Of a stretch of DNA of 52,148 nt, positions 43,841 through 52,148 are shown one piece after another. Under the pieces are notes generated by a model, which was not told the DNA's origin, ran no database searches, and saw nothing but the letters and a program-made list of their open reading frames with translations. The DNA is from Parcubacteria group bacterium GW2011_GWA1_40_21 (GTDB lineage: Bacteria; Patescibacteriota; Minisyncoccia; Phycocordibacterales; GWA1-40-21): NCBI GenBank assembly GCA_000996205.1, contig LBYO01000002.1, forward strand, positions 1-52,148, read 5' to 3'. How positions within the stretch are numbered: position 1 is the first letter of the stretch; every line of letters starts with the position of its first letter. A program made the position numbers and the translations under genes.

Positions 43841-46153
43841 TTATTTCGCCACTTTGACCGCTTCTTCAAATTTGATGGAGAGGAGTCTGGAAATGCCGTC
43901 CGAGCCCATTGTGATGCCGTAGATTATTCCGGCACGAGACATTGTTTCTCTGTTGTGGGTAATAAGAATAAGCTGGGAATATTTGGAAAGATTTTCTATC
44001 ATATCGCCGTATTTTTTTGAATTTGCTTCATCAAGCGCCGCGTCCGTTTCGTCCAATATTATAAACGGCGGAGGATTGACTTGAGAGATGGCAAAAAGAA
44101 GCGCGATGGAAGTAAGCGCTCGCTCGCCGCCGGAGAGCATCGTAAGCCCTTTTATCTTTTTTCTCGGAAGACTTACATCAATATCCACCCCTTCTTCTCC
44201 CTCCTCTTCTTCCGATTCAACGGACAGTTCGCCCGCCTCGTCCACTGAACCGCTTAAAAGCGCCGAGACATTGGTATCGGAATTTCTTTTTTTCTTTTTT
44301 TCCCTGATTACCGACAGTCCGGCGTGCCCGCCCGATCCAAACATTGATGAGAAAAATTCTTGGAATTGCGCGTTTATTTTGTGAACCCCTTCCTTAAATT
44401 CATTTGCTATAAATCCTTCAAGCTCTTTAATGATGTCTTTGAGAGAAATTGCCGACCGGTCAAGATCTTCCAATTCGCGGGCAAGAAAAGCGTCTCTCTC
44501 GTTCGCTTCTCTGTATTCTTTGATGACATCATCTCCGGAGCCGATTCCCGCGTCTTCAAGTCTGATTTTTATTTTTTCAATCGTCCTTCTTCTTTCGTCT
44601 TGAACCGACCTGTCTTCCTTCAAAATATCTTCAATGGAAACTTCCGCGCCGTTTTCGTCCAGAATTTTGCCGGAATCATAATGTAAAGCCCCTATTCCCG
44701 CCAAAATACCGGCCTCTTTAAGTTCCATCTTGAAATTCTCTTCAGATTGCTTGAGTTTGTCTTCGCGATATTCCACATCTCTCAACTTGCCACTGACTTC
44801 ATTCTGCTCCGCCATAATTTTAAACATCGCTTTTTCGGCATCTCGGCTGGAATCTTTTTCTCTTTCAATTTCTTCTCTAATTTCCGAATATTCCTTGATT
44901 ATTTTTTTCTCCTCTTCTTCGGCTCGTTTCAATAATTCATCTATTTTAACCCTCTCCTCTTTCAAAATACGCAATTCTTTTTCCGTTTCCATGCTATCGC
45001 TCGAATTATCGGCGCTCTTATGCTTGGAAATAAAGCCAGAAAGCACATCTTTTATTGACCTTAAAATATTTTTGACTTGTAAAATATCATCCTTCCCCAA
45101 AGCCGTTTCAATTTCGCCGTGAACACCAGAGGCAACCCCCTCAATCTCGCGAAGCTCAATCTTTTTATCTGAAGCGTGTCTCAATGCCTCACTTTGCCTC
45201 TTCAGAATTTTTTCCAGCGAATTTATCTCGCCTTCAATCCTTCCTATGTCTCTTGTGAGAGAATCTTTTTGAAAACGCGCCCCCTTCAGCCTTCCCTCAA
45301 TGCTTATGAGTTCCTCGCTCTTCACATCTTTAGCCGAAGACCCTGCCAAAATCCGCTTCGCTTTGGCAAGCTCGTCTTCCAGCTCACGCCGTCTTTTTTC
45401 CGGAATTTTCTTTTCCTCTTCAAGATGCGTTCTCTCGACTTTTAAATACATTTCTTCCCTTTTGAAATAATTTCTATACAGCTCTTTAAGCCGTTCTTTC
45501 ATCTCGTTGGCTTGCTCGAGCTTTTCAACTTGCTTCTTTAGAAATTTCAAATGCGGAGCGATTTCCCTTCGCAGAGATTTCACCGATTCAATATTCTCTT
45601 CAGTTTTCTCAAGTTTTCGCTGGCTCTCCTGCTTTTTGTATTGATAAATTTTGAGGCCGAGCGCGTCTTCAACCATCTCTCGGCGATCTTTGATATTCGC
45701 ATTCAAAATCTTGTCGGCTTCCCCCTGCGAAATGATGTGATGTCCGGACGAGCCGATGCGCGCGGAGGCAAGAAGCTCAATGATGTCTTTGAGACGGACT
45801 TGACTGCCGTTTATGAAATATTCGCTGGAAGAATCTCTGTGCACGACTCTCTCAATGGACACCTCGTCAAAATCAATGTTCATCCATCTTCTCGTATTGT
45901 CAAAAATAACTTTCGCCGATGCCCTATTGGAGCGCGCGATATCTCTGGAACCGTTCCAGATGAGGTCTTCGGCGCGCTTGCCGCGAAGCGATTTTATTGA
46001 TTGCTCACCCAAGACAAACCTAAACGCCTCGGCAATGTTGGATTTGCCAGAGCCGTTCGGACCAACTATCCCGGAAATCGGTGCAGAAAAATCCAGCGTC
46101 GTTTTTTTCGCAAACGACTTAAAACCGGAAAGTTCCAGAGTTTTTAAATACAT
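43841..46153 (-). CDS. smc: SMC-family chromosome segregation ATPase (short form)
   Basis: GFKSFA, GPNGSGKSN, IISQG, LSGGERALT, ILDETDAALDEAN, ITH. Confidence 0.9.
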   Translation of the reverse strand: MYLKTLELSGFKSFAKKTTLDFSAPISGIVGPNGSGKSNIAEAFRFVLGEQSIKSLRGKRAEDLIWNGSRDIARSNRASAKVIFDNTRRWMNIDFDEVSIERVVHRDSSSEYFINGSQVRLKDIIELLASARIGSSGHHIISQGEADKILNANIKDRREMVEDALGLKIYQYKKQESQRKLEKTEENIESVKSLRREIAPHLKFLKKQVEKLEQANEMKERLKELYRNYFKREEMYLKVERTHLEEEKKIPEKRRRELEDELAKAKRILAGSSAKDVKSEELISIEGRLKGARFQKDSLTRDIGRIEGEINSLEKILKRQSEALRHASDKKIELREIEGVASGVHGEIETALGKDDILQVKNILRSIKDVLSGFISKHKSADNSSDSMETEKELRILKEERVKIDELLKRAEEEEKKIIKEYSEIREEIEREKDSSRDAEKAMFKIMAEQNEVSGKLRDVEYREDKLKQSEENFKMELKEAGILAGIGALHYDSGKILDENGAEVSIEDILKEDRSVQDERRRTIEKIKIRLEDAGIGSGDDVIKEYREANERDAFLARELEDLDRSAISLKDIIKELEGFIANEFKEGVHKINAQFQEFFSSMFGSGGHAGLSVIREKKKKRNSDTNVSALLSGSVDEAGELSVESEEEEGEEGVDIDVSLPRKKIKGLTMLSGGERALTSIALLFAISQVNPPPFIILDETDAALDEANSKKYGDMIENLSKYSQLILITHNRETMSRAGIIYGITMGSDGISRLLSIKFEEAVKVAK

Positions 46154-46443
46154 ATAGAACCCATCTCAAAAATAAACGCTTATAATAGATACATAATACT
46201 TGATATCGATTGAATATCCAAACAAAAGTGGGTGCGGGGGTTTTCCACATCCACCTATTGCAAATAAAAAAATATTTGCTATATTATTGACAGTTGTTCT
46301 TTGAGGTGTTTTAAAAACATTAAAAATTAACAAGACTTGATTCTATAAAAATTTTGAAGAAAGGAGAAGGTGTGTAGTTTTTTTGTCTTGTTTTTTATAT
46401 TTTACTTTTTCAATTTTCCAAAAAAGTATGAGAAGGAGAGTGT

Positions 46444-46803
46444 ATGATACCGCGTGGCAGTCATAATGATTATTGTATTGGAGTTTGTCCTGAACTCAAA
46501 GAATTTTTGATACGGAACAGAGGCGTCTACGAAAACCCATTGAGATTAGAAGAAGATTTGAAATCACTTGAGCAAAAAGGAGTAATTAGGGTTATTGATT
46601 GCAAAAAGAATCAGTACGCCCTAACTCTCATCTTAAAGAAAGATGGACGGACAATAAAAGAAGTGGAAATCGAAGGTGTGGATCATTTGCACTGCTTGTT
46701 TTTCGTTTCTCAAATGGAAGGGATGACAGAAAACGGGTGCAGGCAACCTTGTTGCGAATTGGCGTGTTGTGTTGTAAAAAAACTCACGGCAAAATTGTCT
46801 TGA
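46444..46803 (+). CDS. Hypothetical Cys-rich protein
   Basis: 119 aa, SD AAGGAG, C-terminal CRQPCCELACC; upstream promoter TTGCAA-16-TATATT at 46258-46285. Confidence 0.6.
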   Translation: MIPRGSHNDYCIGVCPELKEFLIRNRGVYENPLRLEEDLKSLEQKGVIRVIDCKKNQYALTLILKKDGRTIKEVEIEGVDHLHCLFFVSQMEGMTENGCRQPCCELACCVVKKLTAKLS

Positions 46804-46819
46804 CTTCAAAGGAGGAGCA

Positions 46820-47050
46820 ATGAGGAAAAGGAAAAATAATAATTCAACGATTAAGGATATTGTTACTTACTGTCCGCAATGCGATGATGTTCCAGAAGTC
46901 AATGGGGACTCAATTGCTGTCGCTGAGGAATGTCTCAAACATAAACTTAAGTTTAAAAAGTCTGACAATGGAGTTATGGTGTCAGGTGTTCCTGTGGAAA
47001 TGTTTAATGAAATGATGAAACCCGTGAGTTTAAGCTCGCAGGAAATATAG
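46820..47050 (+). CDS. Hypothetical small putative zinc-binding protein
   Basis: 76 aa, SD AAGGAGG, CPQC...CLKH. Confidence 0.6.
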   Translation: MRKRKNNNSTIKDIVTYCPQCDDVPEVNGDSIAVAEECLKHKLKFKKSDNGVMVSGVPVEMFNEMMKPVSLSSQEI

Positions 47051-47085
47051 ATGTTTTAAAAAATATCTCGGAAATTTTTGGATCA

Positions 47086-47114
47086 GGCCTTTGTTCGGAG
47101 GACAAAGGCTTTTT
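47086..47114 (+). terminator. Intrinsic terminator
   Basis: GGCCTTTGTT-CGGA-GGACAAAGGCT then TTTT. Confidence 0.75.
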
Positions 47115-47119
47115 CTATT

Positions 47120-47231
47120 TACCCCAAATTACAAAATGTAAAAATTATAGGTCTATTGAGCAAAAACATTTAAAAACAAATAGCTTTTGCGACCCGAGGA
47201 CCTAATTTTTTACATTTTGTAATTTTGGGTA
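47120..47231. repeat. ~112-nt long hairpin repeat element, copy 2, overlapping the trmD 3' end
   Basis: Homologous to 40786-40900 with paired arm substitutions. Confidence 0.85.
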
Positions 47232-47867
47232 TTTATGATTCTTTTTCCACTCTTCAATTTTTTTATGGTCGCCGGAAAGAAGAACTTTCGGAACTCTGTA
47301 TTTCTTGCCTTTGTGTTCAATAACTTCAGGCCGAGTGTAGACATCAGGACTTGAGACCCGCGAATCTTCAAGGGAATTAAAATCTCCAAGCACTCCCTCA
47401 ACCTGTCTAGAAACACAGTCAATAATCGCCATCGCCGGCAATTCCCCTCCGGTCAAAACATAATTTCCCATTGAAACATCTTCCATTTTGAAAGCTTTCT
47501 TAACTCTCGCGTCAACACCTTCGTATCTTCCGCAAATTATTATAATATCGGAATAATTTTTTGTCGCTTTTTTGGCGTAATTATTGTCAAACTGCGCGCC
47601 CGAAGGCGACAAAAAAATAATTTTCACTTTCTTCTTCCCGCCTTTCGCTTTTTCAATGGCTTTTATGACAGGCATCGCTTCAATGACCATTCCCGGCCCT
47701 CCGCCATACGGCTTCCTGTCTATTCTTCTATTCCTGTCTTTGGTAAAATCGCGTGGATTGTAAAATTTAATTTTAATCTTTTTATCTTCAATCGCCCGCC
47801 CCAATATTGACCTCTTTATGTAAGAGTCAAACATTTCCGGAAATAATGTGATTATATGAAAAGTCAT
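47202..47867 (-). CDS. trmD: tRNA (guanine-N1)-methyltransferase
   Basis: ITLFPEMF, PYGGGPGM, CGRYEGVDAR, YVLTGGELPA, YTRP, LLSGDH. Confidence 0.97.
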   Translation of the reverse strand: MTFHIITLFPEMFDSYIKRSILGRAIEDKKIKIKFYNPRDFTKDRNRRIDRKPYGGGPGMVIEAMPVIKAIEKAKGGKKKVKIIFLSPSGAQFDNNYAKKATKNYSDIIIICGRYEGVDARVKKAFKMEDVSMGNYVLTGGELPAMAIIDCVSRQVEGVLGDFNSLEDSRVSSPDVYTRPEVIEHKGKKYRVPKVLLSGDHKKIEEWKKNHKYPKLQNVKN

Positions 47868-47880
47868 AATATTTTATATT

Positions 47881-47927
47881 AAACGAAAAATCTGCAATGC
47901 ACAATCGCATTACAGATTTTTCGTTTT
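47881..47927. terminator. Hairpin/terminator between khpA and trmD
   Basis: AAACGAAAAATCTGCAATGC-ACAATC-GCATTACAGATTTTTCGTTT. Confidence 0.65.
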
Positions 47928-47943
47928 CTTTGAAGAATTGAAA

Positions 47944-48255
47944 CTAAATCTTCAAATCTTCCATAGCCTCATCAACGCTTTTTGACGCTCGGCTTTCTCT
48001 CGGAGCGGCTCCTTCCGGCTCGTTAATTTTCAAATTAACTCTGGAGTTATTCTTCATTCCAACAACGCGGAGAAGCGTCCTGATCGCTTTGGCGGTATTT
48101 CCCATTCTTCCGATAATCTTGCCCATATCGTCCGGATGAACTTCAAGAGTCATCAAAACTCCCATTTCATCCACCGTTCTGACTATCTTTACTTTATCAG
48201 GATTATCTACTAATGCCTTAACAACTGAATCAAGAAATTTTGTATCGTTTTCCAT
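47944..48255 (-). CDS. khpA: KH-domain RNA-binding protein KhpA/YlqC
   Basis: LVDNPDKV, DMGKIIGRMGNTAKAIRTLL. Confidence 0.9.
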   Translation of the reverse strand: MENDTKFLDSVVKALVDNPDKVKIVRTVDEMGVLMTLEVHPDDMGKIIGRMGNTAKAIRTLLRVVGMKNNSRVNLKINEPEGAAPRESRASKSVDEAMEDLKI

Positions 48256-48504
48256 TGTGTGTATTTTCTTTTTAAAAATCTATCGCAGTATTTCGACCAA
48301 CTTTGGAGCTTCTTAATAAGCGCCTTTATCATTAACCTTACTGCTAAAATTATTCTAATACGGCAGGCAATTCAAGTCAATGAATGAACTAAGTTTGTAA
48401 AGTTAGAAAGTTATCAAGTTCATTCCGCCTGAGGCGGATCCTCCTCGGGAGGAAAAGTAAAGACGAGAAAAGCTTTGAACTTTCCACTTGATGAACTTGA
48501 TAAC

Positions 48505-49128
48505 TCATTTGACCTGTCCTTCCAATTCGGCTATTTCTTGTTCGGCGCGGCGCTCTTCTTCTTTCAGACCGGATAACTGCCGTTCAAGTCTCTTCTTTTC
48601 GGATTCTTTTATGTCCTCATCTTTTTCTTTTGGATTTGAACCTTTCTTGGCATTTTCTTTTTTCTCTTTTTCTTCCACATCCTCCTTAATATAATTGAAG
48701 TCTTTTTCCAGCTCAGATATTTCACTCTCAATTTTTGCGTCTTCTTTTTTCTTTTCGTTAATTTTGACCGTCAATCCCGCCAGTTTGTGTTTCCCGATAT
48801 TTATCTGAAGGTGGTCATTTTCAGAAACATATTTCGCGCTTTCAATATCGATCTTCAGATTTCTTACATCCCGATCAATTATTCCGATTCCCCTCTCAAG
48901 ATTTTCTATCTCCTGTTTTTTTAAAAACACAATCCTTTTTTTAACACTGAGCTTGGATTGGATAACGGCGCGCTCTTTCACCGCGTCCGCCTCTCTCTTT
49001 TCTTTTTCCTTCTTGGCATTCTCTTCCAGCTCTTTTTTCCTTCGCTCTTCCTCTCTCCTCTTGGAATCAAGGGGGTCGTATTTATCATCCGGCCTGTTTT
49101 TTATATAAGACATAACTTTTAGCTTCAA
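48505..49128 (-). CDS. Hypothetical highly charged coiled-coil protein
   Basis: K/E-rich heptad pattern throughout. Confidence 0.6.
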   Translation of the reverse strand: MKLKVMSYIKNRPDDKYDPLDSKRREEERRKKELEENAKKEKEKREADAVKERAVIQSKLSVKKRIVFLKKQEIENLERGIGIIDRDVRNLKIDIESAKYVSENDHLQINIGKHKLAGLTVKINEKKKEDAKIESEISELEKDFNYIKEDVEEKEKKENAKKGSNPKEKDEDIKESEKKRLERQLSGLKEEERRAEQEIAELEGQVK

Positions 49129-49222
49129 TATTTTAATTTAAAAAATTATACATTATCTGACAAGAATTTTAAAGCAGAATTGAACAAGTTCTCCATATTC
49201 ACTCTGCATTTTCACATCGCGC

Positions 49223-49672
49223 TCAGTTGCCGGTAAGATTTTCAGAAAATTTTTTCAGAAGCCATGAGCTAGATTGAACTTTTCCGCCGTCACCGATATC
49301 GGAAACTATCTTGCAGCCTATTTCTTCGCAGACAGCCACTTCCGGTATATTTCCGATATGGCGATCTCCCCCTTTGGCAAATATATCCGGCCTTACTTTT
49401 CTTAGAGCGTCGCAAATACTGATGTCTGAGGTATTTTCAGTGTGCTCCGTAACAAAAACCTCGTCCACGCCTTTAATAGCCTCCAGTATTTCCTTGCGTT
49501 CATTCTCCGACATAAACGCATAGCCTTTTTTATGTTTAAGCCAATTGTCATTGTTCATAATAACCACAAGCTTATCCCCCAACTTTTTGGCTTCTCGGAT
49601 CATTCTCACATGGCCGATGTGGATAGGATCAAACCCGCCGCTCACTGCGACTACAATATTTTTTGTTTTCAT
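49223..49672 (-). CDS. Cytidylyltransferase-family nucleotidyltransferase (TagD/RibL/RfaE-like)
   Basis: SGGFDPIHIGH, ERKEIL, FAKGGD, QSSS. Confidence 0.88.
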   Translation of the reverse strand: MKTKNIVVAVSGGFDPIHIGHVRMIREAKKLGDKLVVIMNNDNWLKHKKGYAFMSENERKEILEAIKGVDEVFVTEHTENTSDISICDALRKVRPDIFAKGGDRHIGNIPEVAVCEEIGCKIVSDIGDGGKVQSSSWLLKKFSENLTGN

Positions 49673-49795
49673 ATATTAAAAATGTATAGACTTAATGATC
49701 TAGACTATATATAAGACCTTATCAAAAGACAGGCCAAAAAGTCAAAATTCTATTTAATTGGACACGCTTGATAGACAGAATTGCCCAGTGTTTTT

Positions 49796-50452
49796 TCAAT
49801 TAAAAGCAACCCATTCCCCCTCGCTTACAACTTCAATTTTTCCATCAACAACTTTCAGAGCTGAATTGTCATCAATAGCGTAAATTTTTTCAGACATTCC
49901 CTTCGTGGCTTCCTCTATAAAATCTTTTCTGACTTTATTGAAATATTGAGAATTAAGATGCGGGAGAATATAGAAATCTACAAAATTAAGACCTTCCATA
50001 TTTTCAGTCTTATCTAAATCCTCTAAATAGATGCTTTGAGATATTTTAAGAGCCAAGTCTTTGCTAACCACACAGCTTCCAGCGCTTACTCCCACATAGA
50101 CTTTGGTCTTTAGCAATTCCGGCAAAATTTTTGCAAGCCCCGATTTATTAATCCATTCCATAAGGTGGAATGTATTTCCACCTTCAAAATATAGAATGTC
50201 GGCTTTTTCGAATTTAAGCTTCCATAGCTTTTCATCAATGGCCGAAATATCGGCAATTTCAATTGACTTAAAACCCTGCTTTTTCAGATTTATCAAATCA
50301 TCAATTAGCCAACTTTTATCGCCTTTTTCAACATTTGACGCAGTGGGAATAAAAACCAAAGAAGTCTCTGAAAGTTTTTTACCAACCATACCAGATAAAG
50401 CATTCACTATTGATTTATTTTTTATTCCGGCTGATGTGAGAAGCAGTTTCAT
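49796..50452 (-). CDS. Peptidase S51 (dipeptidase E) family protein
   Basis: LLLTSAG, FIPTA, GGNTFHL, YVGVSAGS, LPH. Confidence 0.88.
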   Translation of the reverse strand: MKLLLTSAGIKNKSIVNALSGMVGKKLSETSLVFIPTASNVEKGDKSWLIDDLINLKKQGFKSIEIADISAIDEKLWKLKFEKADILYFEGGNTFHLMEWINKSGLAKILPELLKTKVYVGVSAGSCVVSKDLALKISQSIYLEDLDKTENMEGLNFVDFYILPHLNSQYFNKVRKDFIEEATKGMSEKIYAIDDNSALKVVDGKIEVVSEGEWVAFN

Positions 50453-50459
50453 GTTTTAA

Positions 50460-50786
50460 TTAAATTTCTTCTAGTGGATATACATCTAAAGCGACCTCTT
50501 CGTAAGGGTGTGTTTTCTTGATTGATTTTATCACATCCACCAGATTTTTTTGTTCACATACGACCTCTATCCGCTCCTCCTGAACCGATTCCAATTTGCC
50601 AACTTCTCCAATCGCCAGATGCGCGCCATCTTCGGGTTTGAAACGACCGGTACCTTTTGACGAAAAACTGCAGAATGTGTAATCCCCGATTTTCCCAGCC
50701 CCGGCTTTGCCTATCGCCTCGCGAACCACATCAGCGTGTGATTCGGGGACAAAGACAACAATTTTTACTTTATTGGATTGGCTCAT
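50460..50786 (-). CDS. Stand-alone YqfO/NIF3 PII-like domain protein
   Basis: KIVVFVPESHA, GAGKIGDYTFCSF, HPYEEVALD; start at ATG 50786. Confidence 0.85.
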   Translation of the reverse strand: MSQSNKVKIVVFVPESHADVVREAIGKAGAGKIGDYTFCSFSSKGTGRFKPEDGAHLAIGEVGKLESVQEERIEVVCEQKNLVDVIKSIKKTHPYEEVALDVYPLEEI

Positions 50787-50820
50787 AATTAATTTATATT
50801 TACCATAGTATTTCTTAAAT

Positions 50821-51267
50821 CTATTTCCGCGCTTGCATTGATTTGAATATTTCAACAAATTTTTTATTCCTTGGCGATGCTTTTAATTGTTGAAATTCAT
50901 CCGGAGTCACCCACATAAAATCATCGTGTTCGTGACTTAATATCACTTCAGTTGTCGTCGGTTGAGCTGTATAGCATATTGTCACTAAATAACGGACTGC
51001 CGTCAAAGACTCTTCTTCTTTATCTTTAAGTCTGGAGATAACATCCATAACCGATAATTCTTCAACATCTAAACCTGTTTCTTCTCTGATTTCTCTAGTG
51101 ATTCCATATTTAATATCTTCGCCGTAATCCAAAGCGCCACCGGGCAAGTCCCAACACAAAGACCATGTGGGAGCCGTTTCAGTGCGTCTAATCGTTAATA
51201 TTTTCCCGTCACTGTCATACAAAATGGCCTTCTGCGAAACTTTAATTTGTTTATTTTTATCTTCCAT
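50821..51267 (-). CDS. NUDIX hydrolase
   Basis: Nudix box WDLPGGALDYGEDIKYGITREIREETGL; start at ATG 51267. Confidence 0.9.
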   Translation of the reverse strand: MEDKNKQIKVSQKAILYDSDGKILTIRRTETAPTWSLCWDLPGGALDYGEDIKYGITREIREETGLDVEELSVMDVISRLKDKEEESLTAVRYLVTICYTAQPTTTEVILSHEHDDFMWVTPDEFQQLKASPRNKKFVEIFKSMQARK

Positions 51268-52148
51268 GACACTTTTTATACTTCTTCCCGCTGCCGCAGA
51301 CGCACGGGTCGTTTCTTCCGATTTTGTCGCCTTCTTCATTTGTAGGAGATTTTAAGGCGGAGTTTTTGGGATTGGAATTATTATCCGCCTTATTTTCTCC
51401 TCCTCCGACTAAAGTAACATTCTTCTCCATCTCTTTGAGCTTCTCTTCTTCCTTGAGAAACATTCCTGCGCCGATGTGAGGGACAAGCCTAGCGATTTCT
51501 TCTCTTATGGCGAATTCCATTTCTTTGAAAAGCCGCAGGCCCTCTTTCTTGTATTCTACGAGAGGATCGCGCTGGCCGTAGGCCCTAAGATTAACGCTTG
51601 ACCTTGTGTAATCCATCATCTCAAGATGCTCCACCCAGAACATATCAATAGCTTGAAGAAGTAATCTCCTCAAAGCCGAGTAAAATTCGTCTTCGCCGAG
51701 CAAAGCTTTTTTATCGTCAAGAATTTTTCTTATCTCATCATCCTCAAACATCTCAGCAAGTTTTTCTTCAATATCTTTTCTTACTCCCAAAAGTATTTTC
51801 CTTCTTCTTTCATAAACGATTTTTCTCTGATGGTTCAAAATATCGTCGTATTCAAGCACATGCTTTCTGGCGTCAAAATTGAAGCCTTCTATTTTTTCCT
51901 GCGCTTTTTCAAGCGAGCGAGTAATGAGATAATTCTGAATCGGCTCATCTTCCGCGATGCCGAATCTGCCCATCATCTTTTTTATCATCTCGCTCGCGAA
52001 CACGCGCATTAAGGTGTCTTCTAGTGATACATAGAATTGCGTCTCGCCCGGGTCGCCTTGTCTGCCGGCGCGACCTCGAAGCTGGTTATCTATGCGCCTC
52101 GCTTCGTGTCTTTCCGTTCCTATGACGACAAGACCGCCGAGTCCTTTC
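51257..52148 (-). CDS. secA: Preprotein translocase SecA, 3' part (5' end outside window)
   Basis: GGLVVIGTERHEARRIDNQLRGRAGRQGDPG, YGQRDPLVEYK, SEC-C motif GRNDPCVCGSGKKYKKCHG. Confidence 0.98.
   Translation of the reverse strand, partial: KGLGGLVVIGTERHEARRIDNQLRGRAGRQGDPGETQFYVSLEDTLMRVFASEMIKKMMGRFGIAEDEPIQNYLITRSLEKAQEKIEGFNFDARKHVLEYDDILNHQRKIVYERRRKILLGVRKDIEEKLAEMFEDDEIRKILDDKKALLGEDEFYSALRRLLLQAIDMFWVEHLEMMDYTRSSVNLRAYGQRDPLVEYKKEGLRLFKEMEFAIREEIARLVPHIGAGMFLKEEEKLKEMEKNVTLVGGGENKADNNSNPKNSALKSPTNEEGDKIGRNDPCVCGSGKKYKKCHGR

Noticed and set aside
38166..48255. rpsP separated from khpA-trmD with no rimM or rplS
   Set aside because: Operon shuffling is common in reduced genomes, and absence from this window says nothing about the genome

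Overview
AT-rich bacterial chromosome segment that looks like Patescibacteria (CPR), probably Parcubacteria. This is an inference from the compact RpoB/RpoC/RpoD/SMC, the typical CPR surface proteins and the many short palindromic repeats. Core genes are pheS (partial), truB, hisS, a UvrD-nuclease fusion, rpoD, dnaG, rpoC, rpoB, rpsP, rnr, smc, trmD, khpA and secA (partial). (1) The top finding is an unannotated ~330-nt structured ncRNA at 42301-42628 (-) with its own promoter and terminator. It joins a tRNA-elbow mimic to a near-verbatim copy of the 23S rRNA L1 stalk (H76-H78) and lies directly downstream of a RelBE/YafQ-like toxin-antitoxin pair and a GNAT. (2) A six-gene candidate small-molecule synthesis and sensing operon (5861-13104, -) encodes a PaaK-like ligase, an Rv1355c-type ThiF enzyme, an HExxH protein, a nitroreductase, a SAM-methyltransferase-like protein and a 7TM histidine kinase. 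It is preceded by a decayed typA-like 30-codon ORF and a terminator. (3) A cassette of second hisS, GNAT and ArgE-like deacylase is bracketed by two copies of the kinase 3' end. (4) A DAHP synthase has a Phe/Tyr leader-peptide attenuator. Also present are many apparently leaderless promoters, several palindrome/MITE families (one in-frame inside truB) and unusual RNAP residues. All calls are by eye; no searches or folding programs were run.
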